Positions 1 through 11,996 of a stretch of DNA of 64,000 nucleotides are shown here, one piece after another. Position numbers and translations under genes: made by a program. The stretch is from Camelus ferus. Its lineage: Eukaryota. The notes under the pieces are model-generated. The model was not told where the DNA came from and did not search any database. It saw nothing but the letters and a program-made list of their open reading frames with translations. The first letter of the stretch is position 1. The number at the start of each line of letters is the position of its first letter. The stretch lies in the NCBI RefSeq assembly GCF_009834535.1, contig NC_045696.1, forward strand, positions 119,104,001 through 119,168,000, in the 5' to 3' direction.

Positions 1-2809
1 ATGCAAGTTAATAGGTATGTCCCATGAATGGAATAACCAGGGAAGGGTATGGATATGAAAAGCTTTTGGTAAAGCCAGAGACTTCCTCAAGCTGCCAAAA
101 GCCGCGTGCTTCATCCTACAATCCTGCAATTTATTCTCCGACTGCTCTTTGCTCCAGAAAGCAAATCCTATCTCAGCCACAGGAGGGCCCCAGCTCCCCG
201 GAACAGCCGGGCTGACAGACTGAGAATTCAGAGGTAAAAATGAGGAGCAGATTCAGGAGTAGAATAACACTAATTTTTTTGTTTGTATTGGGATGAATGG
301 AACAGTTGGCAATCATCCAAACATCTCCTCAGATTGACGCTGCCTGGGGGTGGCATCTGCCAAGTCTCAGTTTGATACACTCTGGACAAAAGTCCCTGGC
401 CTCAGCCAATCAAGGCGTAGAAGAAAATATCCTAACCAGCTCCCTGCCCTACCCGAGTTAACACTCCCACCTGGCTGAGGCAGTCACAGGTGTGTTTGGA
501 CACCGGCATGAGGATGCCGACTCCATTCTGACCAGGAGTGTCGGGGACTTGCCAGAGTGGGGCATCAATGAACACAGGGCAGGGGGCTCCTCCCAAACCA
601 CTGGCTCTGGGGCACAGAAGTCCGACCTCCTTATAGAAACGAGGGTCACCCTACATGGGGCCAGCTTTCTGCAGCCCTTTCTTATGGAGCAGCCACCCAG
701 CCAAACCGTGATCTCACTGTGGCTGCAGACTCACTTAAACTATTAACCGTGATGATAAGGATGAATAATTCCTGTACCTCCAGGGCATTCACGAGGCTGC
801 TTATCTCTCCAGTTGGCCCTGCAGTGTGGCTGTTCAGATCTGGTTTCCGTGCTCCTGCAAATAAACAATTAGGTCAGTAGCTCTTGAGGTTCCGTCACTT
901 TTGATGGGTCTGTTTTCTGCATAAGTTGTTACTGCTCTCTACAGAATCATGGGGACTGGGCTATTTTGAGCTCCACTGGGAGAAGCCTGGTAAGATTGCG
1001 GGGTGGGGGTGGGAAAGAGGTGGGCAGAACAGAGGGGGAACTGGGATCCTCCTGCTCGGAGCCTCGGTGGGGCTGGGATGCATCACAATGCCTCTGGCTG
1101 CTGGTACCCATGGCCTTCATCATCTCCCGAGTGGGGCGGTGCAGCTGAGGCCAAGGGAGGGAATTGCTCCAGCAGTGGGGCTCCTGTAACCGAGCTTTTA
1201 CAGGAATTGTACAGTCTGGCCCCGGCTGCTTCTTACGCTTGCCTAGGCTGGCTTAACTCCCCTCCTTTCCACAGGGGGTGTGAGCTTCCCTATTAACTTG
1301 GGGACTGTGTTTTATCGACCGCAAACACTCGGGAGCCCAGTTCTGGGGCCATCTGTGACCTGTCGGGCTGTAATAGCTTGGTTTGCCCCGTGTTCGGCTC
1401 CCTCCCTGAGTACTTAGTGTTAAATCATAGAGGGGGAAAGTGTGAGCAGAGGAAAAACAGCACTATTACATGACCCCCGATGAGACCGCTGTGATAGAAT
1501 TAAAAGCTGCCGCCCTAGGACATTCTAACAGATGACACTGTGAGGTTGCCAAGGTAACCCACCAGGATACAGTTCCAGCATCTTTGGGGTTGATGCTGGG
1601 TAGGCGAGGTCAGTCAGAGGTGAGGCCCAGTGTGTCCCCTGGCTGGCCAGTCCACGACAGTCAAGTGGAGAATCAAGGCCGACCTCTCCAAACACAGATG
1701 AACCCAGCCTCGTCTCCTCATTGGCTAGTCCAGGTGAAAGACAATCAGAATGCTTCCCATGGTTCAATGTAGGTTCCCCAGAGCCGAAAAAGATCTGGAG
1801 ACAAAACGACTCACCTGGTGGCTCCATGCATGTTTATTAAACACCTACCACGTACCGGGTAGGAAGCATCAGAATATTTAGGGGGAGAGGTCAGGAGCTC
1901 TAGGAAACCCTAAAGAGATGCAGATCCTAGCAGAGAAAAAAAAGACATTTAAGACATTTACACACCGTTAGTACTCAGGAAAATCGTGAGTGGAAGAAAA
2001 TGAAAACAATCAGAATAATATTAATCTCAAGGACTGGGTGTTTAAAAAAATGATGTGCAAAAATCATACAGAGTAGAAATGATTTGCTTTAAAAGAAATC
2101 AGCTTCCTTCCCCCGACACACCAAGTTATGATGCATTCCCCCTTTCTATCTTCTTGTAAATACTCTGTGTTTACTTTTGAAAGTCTGGTTAACACCTATA
2201 AATGTTATTTTCTTTCTCCCATGTAAGGATCAGAAAGATTTCAGATGTAGTAACTCAGGGCCTTGGGCTCCTTTTGGTGTCAGAGGTGGGTGTTCAAAAC
2301 CCTCATTGGTACCATCGGACACTTGCCTTCACACAATACTGTTTGAACATGGACTTGGGCTGTCCTCCAGTCTTGTTACTTTCCTCCACTTGGTAAACTA
2401 AGTCTAAGTGGTGGGGAGGGTGAGGGAGGTCGGAGGTGATGGTGGTGAGAGAACCCAGCAAGTGGTAGGGGGCAAAGGGAAAGGCGCAAAGAGAAAAACA
2501 CAAACAAAATGATAGTGGGGGAGGGGAAGGAACACAGGACGGAGGTGCCAGAGAAAAAGCAGACAAGGAAGAAAATCTCCGAGAAGCTGTGGTTCCAGGA
2601 ATTCCTGACAACAACACAGTGCTTCCTCACCCCCTGAGGGGCGTTATTAGTACCAGAGGGACAATATTAAAACACTCATGGGGCCTAAACCAGCTCTCCA
2701 TCCTGTGGCTCCAATGCCTGAGGTCCCCTTTTTACCCAACCAGAAAATGTAGGTAATTGATTAGATTATGTCAGCTGTCTTGTTGTAGACCCCTTTTTAA
2801 TAATAATAA

Positions 2810-3010
2810 CAAGGATAACAGCTAAGTTATAGAGTGCTTTTCTAAACACTTGAAGTGTAAGACCCATGAGAAAATGCTATTTAACGAAGGAGGAAGCTAG
2901 CCCAGGGCAGTTAAGTCACTTAACCCAAGTCATGCAAAACACGGATGGAGGCCAGGAGGCCCACCTAGGGATTTGGCTCTGGGGTTCCCACTATTGACCC
3001 TTACACTGTA
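2810..3010 (-). mobile_element. MIR SINE fragment
   Basis: MIR-core-like GAGGAAGCTAGCCCAGGGCAGTTAAGTCACTTAACCCAAGTCA, preceded by aataataac..atagagtgcttt. Confidence 0.6.
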
Positions 3011-3399
3011 ATTTTGCTTTGTTTAAAAAGCTCCAAGAAGAAAGACTTTTATAACGGGTTCACTGCCTCCCATTTTTCCTTCACTAACGCAGCCCTGGCC
3101 TGGCGCTTCATTTATATAACCGTCTCCTTGGGCAGCCGAAAGTTGCGAGGCCAAGATGGTTCCCCAGATCTTCTCAAACCTTCTGGGCGCCTGAAGTTGG
3201 TGGGGACAGTGGCATCATCCCCCTCCCTAAGCACTAACTCCCAGATAAAGTAGCCGCCTGGGGAGGGGCCCACCTGTGGAATAGGGAGGAGGAACGGTGC
3301 TCTCTTAATGATCCTCCCTCTCCTCCCCGCCCCCCCGCCATCAGCAGTTTGGTGGCAGTAGCCCTTCAGAACCCCAGCCCCAATTCTGAGGGGTCCCAG

Positions 3400-4620
3400 T
3401 CCCCCACGCGCGCTCCTGACGCGCACGCGTTCGGCTAGGAGGGGTGGAGAGGGTGGGTGGGTGAGCGAGCCTCTGACCTCCGCGCCAAAGGGCCGCCAGG
3501 GTCGCTGGCGGCGGGGGGCGGGGGCGGCGGGGGCGGCGGGGGCGGCGTGCGTAGCGCGCAGGTTGCGGGCCTCGTGGACGCGGCGGCGCGGAGGGAGCGC
3601 GGAGCGGGCGCGGGGCGGGCCGGCTGCTCAGGCGGCGGCTGTCAGGGGCCGCGCAGCTCCCCCGAAGATGCAGCGCAGCATATTTTGCACATGAGTTCAG
3701 AGGAAGAGGAAGTGTAGCCGGCGGACGCGCAGCGGCGACGGGGGCGCGTCGGGGCTGGAGCCGGAGCGCGCCGGGCTCAGGGCGCAGCGAGCGGGAGCGC
3801 GGTGGCCGCGGGCTCTTCGGAGGAACAGACGGACGCACGAGTCGCGGGAGGGACGGACCCACGAGCACGCCGCGCCGCCTCCCCGGTCCCCACCCACCGG
3901 CGCCCACGCCTTCCCCGCGCCGCCGCCTCTGCATGGCACAAACTTTCCTCCCGGGACGGAACACGCTGTCTCCGGGAGCCCGCGCCCGCGCCTTCTTCTC
4001 GGCTTGTCCAGAACGGTAGGTGCGCGCCTGCAGGACTGGGGCGGAGGCGGGCGCCGGCGGAGCGGGACCCCGGCGGGCAGGGGGAGCCCCACGGGGCGCC
4101 TCCCTGCAGGTTGCCGGGGCTCGGCGTGCTTCCCAGGCGCCGGGGCTGCCCGAGGGCCACCTTCCTCGGTCCCCCGCGCCCCCGGCCGGGATTGGATGTG
4201 GTCGGGCCCGGAGCCATGGGACGCAGGGGTCTTGGGCCAACTTTTTGGTTAAAAAAAATCATATCTGGCGCGCTATGGGGAGAGGCACCTCAGAGCAGTC
4301 TGTTGGGGATCGTGGATTCCTCATGCTCGAGGACGCCTAGGAAGGAAGCGGAGGGAAGCTCCGAGGCTACAGGTGGGTCTAGGACACTGCTGCCTGGGGT
4401 GCTCGGCAAAGGTCAGGCTGGCCGCGGAGTTCAGGTTCGGGAGGGCGCGAGGCTGGGGTGGGCTGGGGTGAGGTGGGGTGGAGACGCCTCCCGGCCCTTC
4501 CATGTGCGCCCTGGGACAGGGGCTTGTTCCCGGGGCAGTGGTACTGGATGGGCGGGAACAGACCTGCGGCGCGTTCAGAGGAAGCGCCAGGGCTACTGGA
4601 CGCCCAGAGACTCGGGGCAT
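3400..4620. promoter_or_regulatory. RFTN1: CpG island / RFTN1 promoter
   Basis: Very high GC and CpG density compared with the flanks. GC-box/G-run array at 3511-3546, E2F-type CGCGCCAAA at 3481-3489, ETS/PU.1-type GAGGAAGTG at 3706-3714. Lies upstream of the RFTN1 first coding exon on the same strand. Boundaries approximate. Confidence 0.9.
3700..4015 (+). other. RFTN1: RFTN1 exon 1 (5' UTR); TSS approximate
   Basis: Good donor ACG|GTAGGT (GT at 4016-4017) inside the CpG island. The first coding exon has only 8 nt of UTR after an acceptor, so an upstream non-coding exon is required. The 5' end cannot be fixed from sequence. Confidence 0.7.
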
Positions 4621-4662
4621 GGGAAGTCCCCGGCCCTGAAAACGGGCATTTCCCTCTGTAGG

Positions 4663-4663
4663 G

Positions 4664-4722
<59 letters not shown>
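4663..4722 (+). repeat. (GTT)20 perfect trinucleotide microsatellite
   Basis: Direct read: 60 nt of uninterrupted GTT. It explains the poly-V, poly-L and poly-N runs in the ORF track. Confidence 0.98.
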
Positions 4723-4723
<1 letters not shown>

Positions 4724-5894
4724 TCCCCCTCGTCCTCATCCACTTTCCTAGGCTCCAGGGTCAGGGCGGGGGTGGTGGTGGCGTTTCTTTCTGGAAGCCT
4801 GGTGGCCCGCCATGCACAGCCCCCTCCTGGGCCAGGGCTGTGCCCTTGACCTAGAGTGTCTTTGGTAGCGAGAACCGCGAGAACGGCTTGGAGGCCAAGG
4901 TGCACTCCTTGGGCACGCTGCCTCCCTGTTGATTGCTGCCCTGTGCGTTGTGGCTGATCCCAGGCACCCTCGATGGTGTCTGTGAGTTCCTTAGGGGGCT
5001 TCAAACAAACAAAAAGTATTAAACAAAAAAATAAGTCTGACACCAATCCCTGCATTTGAGTGGCTGCCCCGGTTCCCAGCAACAGTCTCTTCTTGTAATT
5101 AGTACAGCTGTTTTCAGATGCTGGGTGCAGTCCTGCCAGGAGTCTTCCAGTCCCTGCTATCCTGTGTCATCTCAGGATAAGTGAGGCCCTGCCAGGCGGA
5201 AGGACAGGCGTAATGTGAGCGACCTTTGGGCCTGTGGGTGGGGCGTGCCCTACACCCCACGTGTCCCCTGGCGGCAGGGATTCCTAATTTGTCCCTCTGA
5301 ACAGCTGAATTCCCCACCAAGTTCAAGTGACCCCAGATGTCACCATCCCACAGAAGGGTTAAGCAGCAGGCTGTTTGGGGCTCTTTGCTGCGTGTGTGCT
5401 AACCTCAGTGAAATCACTTTAACCTCGGATGGAGCTCTGCCTCCTCTTCTGCCTTTGGTGGGGTTTCTGGCCAGAGAGCTGGGACGTCATTCACTGGCTG
5501 CGTTTTGTATAGCAAGTCACTGGGTTGGTTTCTCTTTTGTTTGTCTTTTGGCTGCATGGACATGGGGCAGATGGAAGTGGGGTGCAGTGAGCTAATAGAT
5601 TTGGTGCAAGAATTGAAAGGGAATAAATTGGGGGTACAAGTCAGTGAGTTCTTTTTCTCCCTCTTAAGCAGGAATTTTTGGCTTCCGTTCAAATAATTGC
5701 TTTGTCTGTAGGGAAGCAGGCAGAAAATCTTTGGCATGAGTGATGGGAGTTCCTGTAAAGCCACTTGTGTTCTTCCAGTCCTAACTTTTAAACAGAATTG
5801 AAATTAAAGGAACCCATGTCTTGGTGGTCATTGGTGTCTTGCTCAATTGCTAAGTTGGTGGGCTGAGGAGAGGGCACTGGAACGCTTTTCCCTG

Positions 5895-6735
5895 CCCATC
5901 TTGTTTTAAAAAATACAGAAAAGTGGCGAGAACATTGACCACCCAAATACCCATATCTAGACTCTGTGATTTTCCAGTATTGGCTTTATTATACACCTGA
6001 CCATTATTGTTTTATGTATTTTAAATTAAAATACAGACATTGGTCCAGATCACTTCGAAACATTTCAGCACACATTTTATTATTCAATCTATGCACATGA
6101 TTTTCCTAAGGTAAAATTTATACATAGGGTGAATTTATATATACATACATATATGCATATGGTGAAATGTGCAAACCTTGAGAGTAACATTTGCATAATG
6201 TTTTGACAGACGCGTGCACCTGTGTAACCTCAGTATCAAGATAGAGAATGTAGCTGTCACCCCCAGAAAGTTCCTTCACCCCCATTCCCAGTCAGTCCCT
6301 GCCCCGACCCCTTATGTGGCAACCGGCTGCTTTGGTTGTTTCTCACTCCAAGTTCGTTTAGACTGGTCTTGAACTTCCTAGAGATTTATCCATGTTTTAA
6401 GTACCAGTCATTTGGTCTTTTTTTTTTTTTTTTTTCAATTGCTAGGTTATATTCCAGGCTAGGTCTCTACCACATTGTGTTTTTGCATTCCCCTGTTGAT
6501 GGACATGTGAGTTATTCTCAGGTTTGGGGGTAGGGGACTGTGAATGAAGCTGTGATGAATATTTGTGTACAAGTCTTTCTGGGGATATACGCTGTCCCGT
6601 CTCGTGGGTGAATGGAGTGGGGTTGCTGGGGCATAAGAAAGATGTATGTACACCTTATAAGAAACTGTTAGACCTTTTTCCCAGCATGGTTGTACCATTT
6701 TGCACTCCCACCAGCAAAGAAGCCAAATGTGAGAT
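5895..6735 (-). mobile_element. Ancient L1M (L1MB/L1ME-like) 3' fragment(s)
   Basis: Typical antisense old-L1 motifs: CATTCCCCTGTTGATGGACATGTG, GCTGTGATGAATATTTGTGTACAAGTCTTT, GGTTGTACCATTTTGCACTCCCACCAGCA. Confidence 0.75.
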
Positions 6736-7774
6736 TCCAGATACGACCACTGATTTTCCTCTCCCAAAGTCAGGAGCGTGGTCGACCAGTGTTCTTCCGG
6801 GGCCAGAGGGGGCCAGAAATTGGGACCACCCATAAACCATCTGAATCACGTTGTTTCCATAGGTGGAGGAGCTGAGAGAGGTCCCTGACTCTTCCAGGAA
6901 ATGGGTTTACTCTTAAATTATTGCAGACAATCAGACAAATATTTTATTTTTAGAGATCTTCAGAGAAGGGAATTCCACAGGGGAACATACCCTTGATTAT
7001 GAAAGAAGATTGAGTGCTTTCTATATAAAGAAAAATAACCCTCAAGAAGTTCCACGAAACTTCTGCTTCAAAAGTCCTGGGGGATTTTTGGCCTGTTGGT
7101 CTGGTTTCTGTGAACCTGGTGGAGATTCCTGTTGGATCTCACCGGCCTGTGCAGCTGGTTGTTGAAAGTGGTGATGTCTGCTTTGGGAGGTAGATCAGAG
7201 TTGAGGTTTTTGAAGGCTCTAAGAACAGCTCTCCTGTCCAAGTGTTTTGGCCTGTCAACACCCCCTTATTGTCCTGGCAGAGAACATGGGCTGTTCCCCC
7301 TGGGGTCCCCTTACACCTTAGTCCCTGTCAGTGGACCAGTAGCCAGACCTGGTTTGGCTGATCCAGGAAACAGGAATTGAGCCTCCTGCCTGATTGGGTC
7401 CCCAGGATGAAGTTTTTGCATCTCGCCGGTGGGTCTCAGTGGGGTCAGATGACAAATAGGACTGAGTCCTAAGACACTGGGCTGTGTGTGGGGGACTGTT
7501 CTCCTCATCCGACAGCCTAGTACGGCGCCTGCCACAGAGCAGGGGCCCCGAATGAGTCCTGCGACTCTCAGTACCCCTCTGGGTGACTGCCTCTCAGGAG
7601 GGGGACAGGGAGGGCTGAGATGTCAGGACCCCAAGACATATTTTACTGTGGCCTGGGAAAGAGGTCCAAAGTGTTAGGAAAACTGTGCCAACTGTGAACT
7701 TTCATTCTAGTAGCACCGTTCTTATTTTATTACAGATTTTACTGTTGTTCTTAGCAAAATAATAATCATAGCTA

Positions 7775-7935
7775 CTCCCTTGCCAAGTGCCCACTCCTCA
7801 CCAGGCACTGTCAAGCACGTTGCGTGAAGTTCCTGAGTGTTGTCCTTGTGAAAGGCGGATACTGTTATTATATGCATTTTGGCCTTAAGGAAACTGACAC
7901 TTAGCAAGGTTAAGTAACTTGCCCTGAGTTCACAT
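7775..7935 (-). mobile_element. MIR SINE
   Basis: CCAGGCACTGTCAAGCAC...AAGGAAACTGACACTTAGCAAGGTTAAGTAACTTGCCC core. Confidence 0.7.
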
Positions 7936-8106
7936 TTTCATGTTTCCTAGACATTAAGGGAAGAGATTGGGATGTTCTGGTTTTGCAAATGCAGATTCCA
8001 TCTGCAAGCACAGATTTCCAGATGCATGAAGCCATCGTAGAATAGAAGTGTCAACTGGAGAGGTGGAACAGAGTTGCAAGAAATGGCACCCTGCAATCAC
8101 TCTCTT

Positions 8107-9101
8107 TTTTAATTTAATAAAAAGTTTCTTTTTTTTGTTTATTGAAGTGTAGTTGATTTACAATGTTAGTTTCTGGTGTACAGCATAGTGATTCAGTTTT
8201 TTATACATATATATATATATTCTTTTTCATAATAGGTTATTATAGGATATTGAAAAGAGCTTCCTGTGCTGTACAGTAGGACCATGTTGTTCATCTACTT
8301 TATACATGGTAGTTTGTATCTGCTGATCCCAAACTCCTTCTAATTTATCCCTTCACTTTGGTAGCCGTACTTTTGTTTTCTATGTTTGAGCCTGTTTCTG
8401 GCTTGTAAATAAATTTATTTGTATATATATTTTTTTAGATTCCGCATATAAGTGATATCATGTATGATATTTGCATTTCTCCCTTTGACTTACTTCACTT
8501 AGTATGACGATCTCTAGGTCCATCCTTGTTGCTGCATATGGCATTACTTTATTGTTTTTTATGGCTGAGTAGTATTCCATTGTATAAATATACCTCAGCT
8601 TCTTTATCCAGTCATCTGTTGGTAGACACTTAGGTTGCTTCCATGTCTTGGCTATTGTAAATAGTGCTGCTGTGAACATTGGGGTGCATGTATCTTTTTG
8701 AATTGGAGTTTTCCTCTTTTGCAGAAATACGCACAGTAGTGGGATTGCTGGGTTAAGTTTTTGGTCTTTTAAGGAATCTCCATGTTGTTTTCCATAGTGG
8801 CTGCACCAATTTACAATCATACCAGCAGTGTTAGGAGGGTTCCCTTTTCTCCACACCCTCTCCAGTATTTATCATTTGTGGACTTTTATTAAAAGATGGC
8901 CATTCTGACTGGTGTCAGGTGATGCCTCATTGTAGTTTTGATTTGCATTTCTCTGATAATTAGCGGTATTGAGCATCTTTTCATGTGCTTATCGGCTGTA
9001 TGTCTTCTTTGGAGAAATGCCTGTTTAGGTCTTCTGCCCATTTTTTCACTGGGTGGTTTGCTTTTTTGTTATTGAGTTGTATGAGCTGTTTGTGTATTTG
9101 G
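8107..9101 (-). mobile_element. 5'-truncated artiodactyl/camelid L1 (ORF2 C-terminus + 3' UTR) with TSD
   Basis: ORF 8458-8856(-) carries the L1 ORF2 C-terminal motif (DTCTPMFTAALFTIAKTWKQPKC..WIKK..YTMEYYSAIK). TSD AATCACTCTCTT (8095-8106) / AATCACTTTCTT (9102-9113). Confidence 0.93.
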
Positions 9102-9279
9102 AATCACTTTCTTAAGTCTTTTTTCTTTTTCATTTTGTTTTAAGCTTTCTGAGATCTGAGGCCTAGACAGAGGTATGCATTTTGGTGACAACTTAAGATG
9201 TTATTGGTTGATGATGATTGTCATTTTATTGTAGGGAAAGAAAGACATTGCCAGCTGTTTGGTTTGAGTGTCTGTCTCT

Positions 9280-9441
9280 GAGCTGTCCAGTACAGTAGCC
9301 AGCTACATGTAGCTATTTACATTTAAGTATGAATGAATTAAAATGAAATAAAGTAAAAAATTTTGTTCCACAGTCTCACTGACCACCTTTCAGGGGCTCT
9401 AAGGCCACATGGGGCTGTTGGCTGCCGAGTTGGGCAGGACA
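9280..9441. mobile_element. MER3-like hAT-Charlie MITE
   Basis: GCTGTCCAGTACAGTAGCC...GCCACATGGGGCTGTTGGCTGCCGAGTTGGGCAG termini. Confidence 0.7.
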
Positions 9442-9620
9442 GATGTACATTATTTTCATCCTCGCTGGAAATTCTGTTTGATGGTGTTACTCGACAGTAA
9501 GCACATCTCTTTTTCCCTTCAGCTTAAGAATTGGCAACGCTCTTGGCTATTTTTCACTGACAAAGAGATAAATGTAGCCAGACATTTCTTTTATGTTTAC
9601 CTTTTAAAGGTGTGTGTGTC

Positions 9621-9622
<2 letters not shown>

Positions 9623-9656
<34 letters not shown>
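9623..9656 (+). repeat. (TG)17 microsatellite
   Basis: Direct read; a shorter TG run precedes it at 9610-9619. Confidence 0.95.
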
Positions 9657-9657
<1 letters not shown>

Positions 9658-11379
9658 TTTTTTTCCCTCCCATTCACATTCAGGTTTTGACATCAGTTTG
9701 AGTTTCCCTTTTTTCCTGGGCCCCCAGAGGGGCTTTCGTTATCATCACCGTGTATTTTACCAAGATGCTTTCTCTGAAAAGATCGGTACGCTGGCAAGCT
9801 CTGGCCACGGCTTGAGTCCTGTTAATTCCTCGCTCTCCAAATAAGAATTCTGTTCAGCTTTTAAATATGCATCTGTGGGACTTACTCCCTACCTGGGTGG
9901 AATTGAGGAAGAAAAATCGCTCTCAGCGGGGCCAGAACCAAAGAGCTAGAAAATCAGGTTGCATTGTATGCGTGATGGCTACCTGCCAAGACTGAGGTGG
10001 AGGAGACACCGTCTGGGGCACCTGCGAGCTGGTTGGGCGTTTTCCTGGGTCTGGCCTGTCTCCGTGGGTTGGGGGTGCTGGAGGGCCCGCAGCATCATGC
10101 CTGGTGGTGAATGGTGGTGGGGAGGGTGCTCGGCTCTCCCCTCCTCCGCGGTGTCCACCACTTAGGGTCGGTTCAGAGGAGAGGGACCCCCAGACCCATC
10201 AGGGCTGGGGAGTCAGCATCAGCTCTGTTTGCCCAGCATGTTTGAGACTCATCAACTCTTATGTTACTTTATGAGGCTGTATTGGCTGTTTCCACACTTT
10301 TTCAAGCAGCAAGCCGGCTGCACATCACTGACAATTTGGTTTGGCTTTTACAACTGAAATATCCTGTTGGCCCATCCAGATGCCCCTGGATGGACGGCAT
10401 TTATTCTTTGCAGAGGATCATCAGTTTCTGTTCGTGTGTTTGTGTGTGTGAACTCCCTACTTAGTGTTTCACCCCGAGGAAGTACTGCTGGGGAAGCCTT
10501 CAAGTTTTGTGGAAGAACTCCCAAATTCCCCAGATTTGGAGAAATGTTTATAATAGACCTTATCCATGAAGTCGAATGAGAAGAGATCAGGTGCATCGCA
10601 GACTCTGGTTGATGGAACACAACCGTATCAGCTGTAACCGAATTTCAGAAATACAGAGTACAGGACATCAGACTCTTCATGTAAATACTTCCTTAATTTA
10701 GAGAGGTCTTTCGGGACTTCTCCAGTGTCTTGGGACACTTTATGAGCACCGTTCAGTGTGGTGTAATGATGTCAGGTTGACAGGAGTCTTTATACTGGAG
10801 AACAAGTCACACTAGTGCTGGTGCTGACAACAGTTAACACGTAGGCAGCTTTCTCTGGGTGCCTGGGCTCTTCCAAGCCCTGCCCAGTAGTCACGTATTT
10901 AGTCCTCCCCCTACAGGTGGGTTCTGCGGTTATCCCCATTTCAGAGTTGAGAACCCTGAGGCTAAGTGGCTTCCTGGTGGTCACTCAGCTAGTGGTCCGG
11001 CTTGAGAGCCGTATGCTATGCTGTGCTGTTAGGAGGGTGAACTTGAGGGTGACAGGCTAATATTCCATCCAGAAACGTCCCGGATGATAGGCACCTGTCG
11101 TACTCCCGAAGAATGTTGATGGAGGAGGTACTTATTGTCCATTGTTGGGGCAGGGCATCGGGATAGCTGCTGTTGGGGACAAAAGAGATGTGGCTGCCTT
11201 CGAGAAGTTTGCTGTCCCTGGGAGGACGAGGCCATCCCCAAAGCCCCAGGGCTCTCCCCTGAACTCAGGACTGGTCCACACCACCTCCACCTGGACGGAG
11301 TTAACACATCCAAAGCAAACTTCCGTCTCTCCTTGTCCAGCTGCCCCTCCCAGGGCCGCCCCAGCCTCCCAGGTCACAG

Positions 11380-11990
11380 ACCCTAGAAGCGTCTAGGGTG
11401 CTCTCTTTTTCTCATGACCTGTTTCCAAACCACCAGTCCATCCCACTGCCTGCCTTCAAAACGTATCCAGAATTCAGCTGCGGCGCCCCCCTCATCACCA
11501 TCTGGTTTCCCTTTTCCCAGGGTCAGAGTGATTATGTCTTCCCTGAGCTGGAAACCACCTGAGGGCTCCCATCTCACTTGGGACAAAGCCAGAATCCTGA
11601 CCACGGCTGCCCGGCCCCACCTACCTGGGCGGCTCCGGGACATTCCGGCTGTTTGCACCTGCGGCCACCATGCCAGTGGCACCTGCCCCCTTGTTGCTCT
11701 GTCACCTTCCTTGGGATCTTGCTCACTGTCACCTTCCAGGGGAATTCTGCCCTGAGGGCTCTTTAAAATTGCGCCTCCTCCCCTGTACTTGCGATCCCTC
11801 TTCCCTGCCTCACGTGTCTTTACGTGATGTGCTTTTAAGATGAAAACTTCATTCATTATTTTTAATGTGTCTAGTATCTGTTTCTCTGCTCCTGAAATTA
11901 AGGTCCGTGAGGGCGGGGCTGTTCTTGTTCTGTTTTGTTTTGTGTCCCCTGGTTCACTTTGGTGCCCCAGCAGTTGGACATGTGCTGAGG
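11380..11990 (+). mobile_element. L2 LINE 3' fragment
   Basis: L2 motifs CTTCAAAACGTATCCAGAAT, CTCCCATCTCACTTGGGACAAAGCCAGAATCCT, AAGGTCCGTGAGGGCGGGG. Confidence 0.65.
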
Positions 11991-11996
11991 GAGGAC

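Noticed and set aside
3802..4854. 350-aa + strand ORF with poly-Val, and overlapping 299-aa and 253-aa minus-strand ORFs
   Set aside because: These come from stop-codon scarcity in the CpG island plus the (GTT)20 repeat. They are low-complexity R/G/P/A-rich, have no recognisable domain, and run through the exon-1 donor.
8458..8856. Reverse-transcriptase-related ORFs (also 46609-46827, 50301-50552, 55770-56021) as genes or a novel retro-system
   Set aside because: They are short decayed fragments of ordinary L1 ORF2/ORF1; no intact RT or endonuclease domain is present.
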